Of a stretch of DNA of 49,772 nucleotides, positions 37,288 through 43,883 are shown piece by piece; position 1 is the stretch's first letter, and every line of letters starts with the position of its first letter. Made by a program: the position numbers and the translations under genes. Where the stretch lies: positions 1 through 49,772 of the IMG/VR virus record IMGVR_UViG_3300020042_013092; one strand, written 5' to 3'. A model generated the notes under the pieces. That model was not told the DNA's origin. It saw only the letters and a list, made by a program, of their open reading frames with translations, and made no database searches. The stretch is from a virus (taxonomy: Duplodnaviria; Caudoviricetes).

Positions 37288-37690
37288 TTGCTTTCTTATT
37301 AAGAGTTTCTTCTGCTTGATTTACATCGATTACATGAATGCTCATACCTTTTTCGTCCACTAAAACGACAATAGGTTTTTTTACTTTTTCTTGATTTTCA
37401 ATAACAACCAACAGTTTACGTAAAAATTCAACTAAATTTTTATCCATTATTTCTTCTGCTAAAATTATATCTGTTTTAATAAGAGCGACCGTCATATACC
37501 TACTAAAAGAAGGTTGCGTGGGGTTAAAAAACAGAGCCCCAGCCCCTTCTGTTTTTTCGAATTCTTCAAAAAGAGTGACTATATCTCCAACAATAAGCTT
37601 TATTGCGCTCAGAGCTACTCTGTTTTGAATTTCACTCGGCCCAAAAAGTTTTTCAGCCATTTTAACTGCCTTTTCCCTAAAACTTTTCAT
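37268..37690 (-). CDS. Hypothetical protein
   Basis: 140-aa ORF in the minus-strand operon. Confidence 0.7.
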   Translation of the reverse strand: MKSFREKAVKMAEKLFGPSEIQNRVALSAIKLIVGDIVTLFEEFEKTEGAGALFFNPTQPSFSRYMTVALIKTDIILAEEIMDKNLVEFLRKLLVVIENQEKVKKPIVVLVDEKGMSIHVIDVNQAEETLNKKANAASAS

Positions 37691-37691
37691 T

Positions 37692-38000
37692 TTAATAACC
37701 TGAAAAAGAAGACCATGCGTCGCTCAGCACTTTAGCCGAATCAAATAGAAAATTAGTGATGTTGTTTTCCGACTTATCTATTTTGCAGTAATGACGACCC
37801 TCAATTAAACCAGAAGAACCTCCTGAAGTTATACCCTGATACACTAGTTTATCTATCGTTACAGGTTGTACTCCTAGCCGCAGGGCGATTACTTTTCTAT
37901 TCACAAACACCGGAGTCGGGTTGCCTGCGCTAGAACTTGCAATCGTCTGCAAACTAGCGTCTATACTTCGAAGAATGTCAAAAACGTCTTTGGTGAACAT
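37692..38000 (-). CDS. Xis-like winged-helix DNA-binding protein
   Basis: FVNRKVIALRLGVQPVTIDKL...LIEGRHY; ATG at 38000 (MFTKD) preferred over the track GTG that lies inside a hairpin. Confidence 0.6.
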   Translation of the reverse strand: MFTKDVFDILRSIDASLQTIASSSAGNPTPVFVNRKVIALRLGVQPVTIDKLVYQGITSGGSSGLIEGRHYCKIDKSENNITNFLFDSAKVLSDAWSSFSGY

Positions 38001-38135
38001 ATAAAAAAATAAAAAGGGTTGCTTCGACACCCGATATCAGGCAGCGAGGTTCAGTTACCACGATCAGGAAATGGCGAAAACTGATCGTACCCTTGAGGAT
38101 ACCGGAACAGGGCCATTCTTACAAGTGCCGGCCTT
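38001..38135 (-). ncRNA. Candidate structured RNA ending in a terminator-like hairpin
   Basis: GC-rich intergenic island with stems GGCCG/UGGCC, CCGGUAUC/GAUAUCGG, ACGAUCAG/CUGAUCGU and GGGUGUCGAAGCAACCC-UUUUU. Confidence 0.55.
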
Positions 38136-38141
38136 TCAATT

Positions 38142-38564
38142 TTAAGGTTGTTTAAGCCATTCTGAGTCTGTTAAGTCAGCTATTTTTGTGGGTTTACGAG
38201 TAAAACCCGTCCTTATTGTTCTAGTTATATTTGGCTGTTCAAATCTAGACTTTAAATGAGTTGGGTTTACGCAGCCAATTGTGCCACAGATTCGTTTTAA
38301 GCAAAAATTACCGATATCAGCTTTATAAAAACCATAATAAATATTTTCTATTTTTAATTTTTTACCTTCTATATTTATATTTTTATAACTAGTACTCCAA
38401 CATTTGTCAAAATCTGTGTTTTGTTGCGTTAATTGTAAAAAAAGACCTCTTAAATGAGGATTTATTTGATTTAAATCGGGTTTACTTGCGTCTTCATTAA
38501 TATTTTTATAGCATTCCTTACAAACTGTCTCTGTTTTTATATGATCTCTATTTCTTAAACACAT
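38142..38564 (-). CDS. His-Me/His-Cys-box (HNH-like) zinc-binding protein, probably catalytically degenerate
   Basis: CW...LKRICGTIGCVNPTHL plus an N-terminal C..H..CKEC. Confidence 0.65.
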   Translation of the reverse strand: MCLRNRDHIKTETVCKECYKNINEDASKPDLNQINPHLRGLFLQLTQQNTDFDKCWSTSYKNINIEGKKLKIENIYYGFYKADIGNFCLKRICGTIGCVNPTHLKSRFEQPNITRTIRTGFTRKPTKIADLTDSEWLKQP

Positions 38565-38566
38565 TT

Positions 38567-38992
38567 TTAAATTGATTTTAAAATTAATTCCAACTGCTGA
38601 ATAAAATCATCTGGTTCGCGGATTAAAAGCTCAACAACTTTTTTTAATTTATTTTCAGGATTTAACTCTTTTTCTGCTTCATTTAATATAAACCAGTAAG
38701 TATATGCGTTTAACATATATGTGTGCGTTTGTTTAGCCTTTAAGGCCTGTGTCTTCCACTTTTCATAATCAAAATTTGATTGATGTCTGCTACTGCCTGT
38801 TTTTAATTCCAGTTCCCTTATTTCTATTTGCAGTTCAATATCCCGAATTGTGTAGTTAAGAGCGGAAAGTTTAGCTTTACACTCTTTTAAATTTTTTGGT
38901 TCTTCTGAATCTGAATAAATCCAGGGAGGGAGGTTCTCAATAACATATTCTTGAGACCAAAGGCATGCTTTCTGCTCTACGTCGCTGATCAT
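38567..38992 (-). CDS. Coiled-coil hypothetical protein
   Basis: 141 aa; IRDIELQIEIRELEL heptads. Confidence 0.7.
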   Translation of the reverse strand: MISDVEQKACLWSQEYVIENLPPWIYSDSEEPKNLKECKAKLSALNYTIRDIELQIEIRELELKTGSSRHQSNFDYEKWKTQALKAKQTHTYMLNAYTYWFILNEAEKELNPENKLKKVVELLIREPDDFIQQLELILKSI

Positions 38993-39321
38993 GGATCTAA
39001 AAAAGAAAGGAATAGTGGGCTATGTTCACCATTGAGCACATATAGAACGTGCGACTCAAACTTAACCCGGATAACCAAATTGTACTTAATGAGTTGTTTT
39101 AAACTCCTTAAAGTATTTTGTTTTGATGTACCTAGCTCATTAAGGATTTCTTTTAGAGCTAAAGGTTGGTCATATAATAACAGATGAATTAAAGCGGAAT
39201 GATAATTTATGCAAGCACTGATTTTTTTAAATTCGTGATTGTTCTTAGCGAAATTGTGCGGCAATACTTCGTTTCCAACAACAACTGAATGGATTTGTTG
39301 GACATCTTTTTGTTCAGCCAT
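38989..39321 (-). CDS. Winged-HTH (MarR/ArsR-like) protein
   Basis: LALKEILNELGTSKQNTLRSLKQLIKYNLVIRV; start uncertain. Confidence 0.65.
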   Translation of the reverse strand: MAEQKDVQQIHSVVVGNEVLPHNFAKNNHEFKKISACINYHSALIHLLLYDQPLALKEILNELGTSKQNTLRSLKQLIKYNLVIRVKFESHVLYVLNGEHSPLFLSFLDP

Positions 39322-39869
39322 AAAAACACGTCATTTTTCATCTGTGGGGTCACTTTGCTCGCGGGACTTAAGGTACGCATCATGTGATATGGGTTTACAC
39401 AGACAGCACAATCGCAAGTAGGAAGAACTTTATCCTTGGTCTGTAGCTGAACTCCATAAAATTTAGAAAAAACAAATCTTCTTGGCCTCATAATAATCCC
39501 ATCCGTGTCAACCAGCCGCTGAAACTGCTTAGGTAAAAGTAAGTGTTCCTCCTGGTTGAGACTCGGTTTGTTCTGCGCTAACCAAGCAGCGACTCTCTCA
39601 GAAGCGCTCTTAGCTTCACGATCCTCTTTTAAGCAGACAAGGCAGGCAAAGCGACCAGCGACCCGATGCGAGCGGGTGAGATCCCTTGTGACGACAAGCG
39701 TGGGAGAACTTCTTTGGCAAGAACAAGTAAGTCTGCTAAGGGAGCCAAAGTCTTCGACCCTGTAAGAATCCAATTTATATGTTTTTAAGGGGAGCCCTTG
39801 GATTTTTTGGTTGTTTATAGGCGTCTGAACGACTAAGCCGAAGACAGAAAGTAAGGTCGGATCGGACAC
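39207..39869 (-). CDS. Zn-finger + degenerate HNH-like + HTH protein
   Basis: CSC...CLVC; VLPTCDCAVCVNPYHM; C-terminal MSNKSIQ..L..KY..TISLRTI. Confidence 0.65.
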   Translation of the reverse strand: MSDPTLLSVFGLVVQTPINNQKIQGLPLKTYKLDSYRVEDFGSLSRLTCSCQRSSPTLVVTRDLTRSHRVAGRFACLVCLKEDREAKSASERVAAWLAQNKPSLNQEEHLLLPKQFQRLVDTDGIIMRPRRFVFSKFYGVQLQTKDKVLPTCDCAVCVNPYHMMRTLSPASKVTPQMKNDVFLWLNKKMSNKSIQLLLETKYCRTISLRTITNLKKSVLA

Positions 39870-40215
39870 AGAGTGTTTTTATTTAAATTAGAGCTCATAC
39901 AAAACTAGCACGGACTGCCTTGCTAGTAAAACTTTTTTTCTGTTTTAAAGGGTTGTTTAACAAGTTTTGCGCGTCTCATGCGTCTAAAACCCACTTAAAA
40001 AAATAGAAAAATTTTTGTTTTTATTTATAGTAGTATATAACTTTATTTTTTATATATTTAAAAGATTTAATTTTTAGAATTTTTTGTTAAGTCCTCGAGG
40101 CAGTAAGCTTTTTTGTTTAAAAAACGGGAGCTGACCCCTTGTGGATCCCTAAAGATATAGAATTTTTTTGTTATGTCTGTTATTATAAGAACATTAAACT
40201 CTCTTTTCTTGTGAA
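39870..40215. promoter_or_regulatory. AT-rich divergent intergenic region (promoters, possible replication origin)
   Basis: Strand switch, long A/T tracts, inverted repeat ACTAGCA-N10-TGCTAGT at 39904-39927. Confidence 0.55.
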
Positions 40216-40371
40216 ATGGTTACTGTACAACCTGTAGCTAAAGAAAAACTAGAGACCGAATACTGGCAAGAATGTCGAAAAAAAGCTGCACTTTTAAATA
40301 TACCTGCTTGGCAGCTGGCTGAAAATGGGTATAAACACAACGAACTAGACAAACGGGACAACAATTGGTAG
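40216..40371 (+). CDS. Small hypothetical protein (51 aa, not in ORF track)
   Basis: Manual translation: MVTVQPVAKEKLETEYWQECRKKAALLNIPAWQLAENGYKHNELDKRDNNW. Confidence 0.55.
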   Translation: MVTVQPVAKEKLETEYWQECRKKAALLNIPAWQLAENGYKHNELDKRDNNW

Positions 40372-40398
40372 TATTCTGGGAAGATAGTTCATTTTATT

Positions 40399-40746
40399 GT
40401 GGGCACCCAAAAAACAAAAGCCGAGTTAAGAGAGAGATTTGCAAATATGTACAAAATGTACTTAGAAGGATACTCGTACGAGCAAATAGGTAGACGTTAC
40501 GGGGTAACAAGAGAGCGTGTGCGTCAGATTTTTAAAAGTTACAGTTCCCCAGAACAATACTCACAGATACAACAAAAAGTTCTAAGTCGGCGTATTAGTC
40601 CTAGGCAAATTGAAAATATTTGCTCCTTGATTAAGCTGGGGGATTCTTGCAGCAAAATAGCAGAAACTTTAGGTTGCAGTGTTGACTGCGTTAAACGTGT
40701 TTCTTCGAAGTATAAACTTCAAGAATTAGCGAAAGTAAACACGTAA
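40399..40746 (+). CDS. Tandem HTH protein with sigma70 region-4-like motif
   Basis: YSYEQIGRRYGVTRERVRQI and CSKIAETLGCSVDCVKRV. Confidence 0.8.
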   Translation: MGTQKTKAELRERFANMYKMYLEGYSYEQIGRRYGVTRERVRQIFKSYSSPEQYSQIQQKVLSRRISPRQIENICSLIKLGDSCSKIAETLGCSVDCVKRVSSKYKLQELAKVNT

Positions 40747-40851
40747 TAATTAAATTTAAAAATTTGCTTAGTTAAAGAAGCGTAAAAAAAATAAAAACCT
40801 TAGAATGCTCAGGTAGTGTCTAAACTAAGGTAATTCTCGGGTAAATATACG

Positions 40852-41616
40852 ATGGCAGCGTGTATACACTACCCTTCCAGAAAAGGTCTTCACGAAGCAA
40901 ATTTTCGAGGTATAATTGAGTCTGTAACAGATATTATTTACACGGTAAGCGGTGTGGGAACTGTAAGTTTTATGCTAGACCCTAGCGGTTACGCCGCTAA
41001 CTTTGATGGGGTCGTTCAAGTCTTAGAGGATTTAAATTTAACTATTTCAGGGATATCTACACAGGCTTCAGCTGTTGTGTCAGGTATTGTTGGAGGTTCT
41101 GGGGTGTACATAACGGCAAGTGGGGGCTCGTCTGTAGTAAATATTGGTGTTGTTGGACAAGGAAGCACAAGCGTCACCTACAGCGGAAGTCAAGTTGTTA
41201 TTTCTGGTTTAGTTACGAGTCCCACTACTATTTCTGGCGCACCTGGTTCTGGTTTCAGCCCAGGGGCTCTCTGGTTTGACACTAATGAAGGGCGTTTATT
41301 TATATATGCAAGCGGGACAGGAGTTTCTGCAGATGGTTGGTATCAAACCAACTCTGAAGCTGTTGCAGTTAAATCAGAGGTACCTCCGTCCGGTGCTGGT
41401 TTAAACGCACCCCCAAGAGACGGAACCTTATGGTTTAACCAACTTTTAGGTAATTTATTTGTTTATGACGCGACGAGCTCCGGTTGGTATGAAACGGGAT
41501 CAATTCGAAACGCAGCTTATGGGGTTGCTTCTCCGGCCCCGAGCCAAGAAGGCAGCTTGTGGTATGACAGCGGTACAAGCGTTCTAAAAGTATGGAATGG
41601 CACAGCGTGGGTTTAA
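40852..41616 (+). CDS. Tail-fibre-associated protein
   Basis: Three GxLW(F/Y)(D/N)...W repeats; 14 SG dipeptides. Confidence 0.75.
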   Translation: MAACIHYPSRKGLHEANFRGIIESVTDIIYTVSGVGTVSFMLDPSGYAANFDGVVQVLEDLNLTISGISTQASAVVSGIVGGSGVYITASGGSSVVNIGVVGQGSTSVTYSGSQVVISGLVTSPTTISGAPGSGFSPGALWFDTNEGRLFIYASGTGVSADGWYQTNSEAVAVKSEVPPSGAGLNAPPRDGTLWFNQLLGNLFVYDATSSGWYETGSIRNAAYGVASPAPSQEGSLWYDSGTSVLKVWNGTAWV

Positions 41617-41649
41617 TAGTATTATTCGTTTATCAACTGCTGCTTAACT

Positions 41650-41772
41650 GTGTCAACCAATTCTACAAATAATAAAATTGAGTCTAAACCTAAGCGGACT
41701 AAGCAGGGCAATGGGCTTCACTCCAAACCAAATCATGGTCGTAAAAAATCACGAGGCCAAGGTAAAGGCTAA
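41650..41772 (+). CDS. Small basic protein (40 aa, KPKRTKQG...RGQG type; not in ORF track)
   Basis: Manual translation from GTG: MSTNSTNNKIESKPKRTKQGNGLHSKPNHGRKKSRGQGKG; motif recalled from small cyanophage proteins. Confidence 0.65.
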   Translation: MSTNSTNNKIESKPKRTKQGNGLHSKPNHGRKKSRGQGKG

Positions 41773-41796
41773 AATTTACTTAAAGGAGTTTTAAAA

Positions 41797-42186
41797 ATGG
41801 CGCTGGTAAGTTTCAAGGCTTTAACTTCTATAACTGCAGGCCAACCCGTAACGGTAGGATCCGGGGGATCTATTTACCCTTCATCAGCTACAACTTTAAC
41901 TAACGCAAAATGTGTAGGTATTGCGCTGGATTCAGCCGGTCCAAGCGAGCTTGTTAGAGTCGATAAAGATCGCATTCAATATATTTTTTCAGGTCAGACC
42001 ACAGGGAGTATTCCTTTTCTTTCTATAACTTCTGGCGTAATTAAACCTACTTACGTTAGTTTACAAACAGAAGTTAATGCTTCTGCTTACTCATCTGTGT
42101 ATATTGTTGCGTTAGGTCGCGCTGTCTCCAGCTCTGGCATCAACCTCGAAATTGAACAACCGATTTTTGTTAATACTCCTATTTAG
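41797..42186 (+). CDS. Putative capsid cement/spike-base-like structural protein
   Basis: ITAGQPV...CVGIALD...LGRAVSS..INLEI; AAGGAG RBS. Confidence 0.65.
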   Translation: MALVSFKALTSITAGQPVTVGSGGSIYPSSATTLTNAKCVGIALDSAGPSELVRVDKDRIQYIFSGQTTGSIPFLSITSGVIKPTYVSLQTEVNASAYSSVYIVALGRAVSSSGINLEIEQPIFVNTPI

Positions 42187-42237
42187 AATTGTGTAGGAAG
42201 AGGTATGATTAACTTAGAAATAAGCATCTAACTGGTT

Positions 42238-42744
42238 ATGGCGGATAGGTCACTTTTCAACCGTAAATACACTTCTTTTACCCCAGCTGGCGTCGAGGTG
42301 TGGCTTATTAATGGTACGGGAGTTACAACTTCTCTTCCATCAACCCAAGTTTTTACAGCAGGAACTAATTTAATACAAGGGGCAATTGTTTACGCGAGCG
42401 GAACACAAGTATTTCCTGCTAGCGCCCTCAGCGGGGTAGCTGCTTTTAATTATGGAGCAATAGGCATAACTGCAGGTGCTGCAGGAGTTACATCAGGTAT
42501 AAGCGTCAATCTAGACGACGTAGCCACTGTATCGTCTGCTAATATAACAGCGGAAAGTTCTTTAGTTCCAGGCGAATATTACTTTTTATCTAAGTACACA
42601 GGTCAAATTACTCGTTTTGTAAATGCTTCTGGTTCTATTACTGCGTCTGGAACAGATCAGTATCAAGCCCTAGTAAATGTAGGTAAAGCTTTAAGTACAA
42701 CTGAAATTGAAGTTGAAATTACACCTCCAACTCTTTTGGTGTAA
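42238..42744 (+). CDS. Putative cement/spike-base-like structural protein, probable paralog of 41797 ORF
   Basis: LIQGAIV...AIGIT...LVPGEYYFLS...VGKALSTTEIEVEI. Confidence 0.65.
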   Translation: MADRSLFNRKYTSFTPAGVEVWLINGTGVTTSLPSTQVFTAGTNLIQGAIVYASGTQVFPASALSGVAAFNYGAIGITAGAAGVTSGISVNLDDVATVSSANITAESSLVPGEYYFLSKYTGQITRFVNASGSITASGTDQYQALVNVGKALSTTEIEVEITPPTLLV

Positions 42745-42776
42745 GGGAGCTAAACTTAATTTAGAGTGTTAAAACC

Positions 42777-43883
42777 ATGGCTGCTCGTAAACCACTAGTT
42801 ATTGTCAGCGGGCTTTTTTCAGAATTGCCCACAGGTGACATTGCGGTTGAGCTGGCGGCTGCTCCGAGTGGTCTGATTTATGTAGGTAGTAAGTTAGGTA
42901 TTGATGGTTCCGCTCAAATTAGTGGTAACGCAGGTATTAGTACAGGTTTAACGGCACTTGCTTCGGGTAATGCTGCTCTTGACAAAGCAATCTACACGGC
43001 TGAGTGGGTTCTTGGAGCTAGCGGAAATAACGACTACACCTTTACTGGACCTGGTTTTAGCGGAGCTGTAAACGACCCCCTAATTTATTTAACCCGTGGT
43101 CAGCAATATAAGTTTACAAACACTATGAATTTACACCCTTTCAGGGTGCAAAGTACGCCTAACGGTAGTGTTGGAACTCCATATAATAATGGAATCACAA
43201 ATAATGATGTTTCAAACGGAACTTTAATTTGGAACGTTCAGTTTGACGCACCTAATACTCTGTATTACCAGTGCACTTCCCATAACAATATGGGCGGTCC
43301 TTTCTATATTGTCGATAATACTGCCAACAGCGCACAAGCATCTGGTAATGCCGCACTTGTTAACGCAGCTACCGCACAAGCATCTGGTAATGCTGCACTT
43401 GTTAACGCAGCTACCGCACAAGCATCTGGTAATGCAGCTCTAACTAATTCGTCGACAGCTCAAGCTAGTGGCAATGCTGCTCTTGTAGATCTAAGTAACA
43501 AATATGACAAGACGGGCGGCGTAATCAGCGGCACCGTCATTGTAAATAAACAATCGTTTGGTACGATTAACACCATTACAAGTTCTGGTGTTCTCCTAGT
43601 TGATTTTTCGACAGGTAATAATTTTACAGTAACTTTAGCTTCAAACGCTACTTTTGCCAGTCCCTCGAATGCTAGCGGGGGCCAGTGTGGCGCTATAACA
43701 ATTCGTCAAGATGCTACCGGAAGTCGTACGCTGGCGTATAGCGGTAGCTGGGCCTTCCAAGGAGGAACCGCTCCTACTTTGACTACCGCAGCTAGTGGTA
43801 TAGATGTTCTTGCTTACTTTGTTGTTGCACCGACTCGTGTTGTTGGTATTCTTACTGCAGCTTACTCTGGAGGTTCCCAGTGA
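42777..43883 (+). CDS. Tail fibre protein with cupredoxin-like insert and ASGNAAL repeats
   Basis: HPFRV...APNTLYYQCTSHNNMGG; C-terminal QDATGSRTLAY...GGTAPTLTT...DVL domain. Confidence 0.8.
   Translation: MAARKPLVIVSGLFSELPTGDIAVELAAAPSGLIYVGSKLGIDGSAQISGNAGISTGLTALASGNAALDKAIYTAEWVLGASGNNDYTFTGPGFSGAVNDPLIYLTRGQQYKFTNTMNLHPFRVQSTPNGSVGTPYNNGITNNDVSNGTLIWNVQFDAPNTLYYQCTSHNNMGGPFYIVDNTANSAQASGNAALVNAATAQASGNAALVNAATAQASGNAALTNSSTAQASGNAALVDLSNKYDKTGGVISGTVIVNKQSFGTINTITSSGVLLVDFSTGNNFTVTLASNATFASPSNASGGQCGAITIRQDATGSRTLAYSGSWAFQGGTAPTLTTAASGIDVLAYFVVAPTRVVGILTAAYSGGSQ
43331..43486 (+). repeat. 42-bp tandem repeat, ~4 copies (AQASGNAALVNAAT)
   Basis: CGCACAAGCATCTGGTAATGC.GCACTTGTTAACGCAGCTAC near-identical twice, plus two diverged copies. 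Confidence 0.9.

Noticed and set aside
33271-38000. Prophage integration/excision module suggested by two Xis-like HTH genes
   Set aside because: No integrase, att site or host genes are visible in the window; such HTH proteins also occur in lytic phages.
38100-38135. HDV-like ribozyme, because the minus strand begins GGCCGGCA like the HDV genomic ribozyme
   Set aside because: I could not build the nested double pseudoknot (P1, P1.1, P2, P3, P4); kept only as an unclassified structured RNA candidate.
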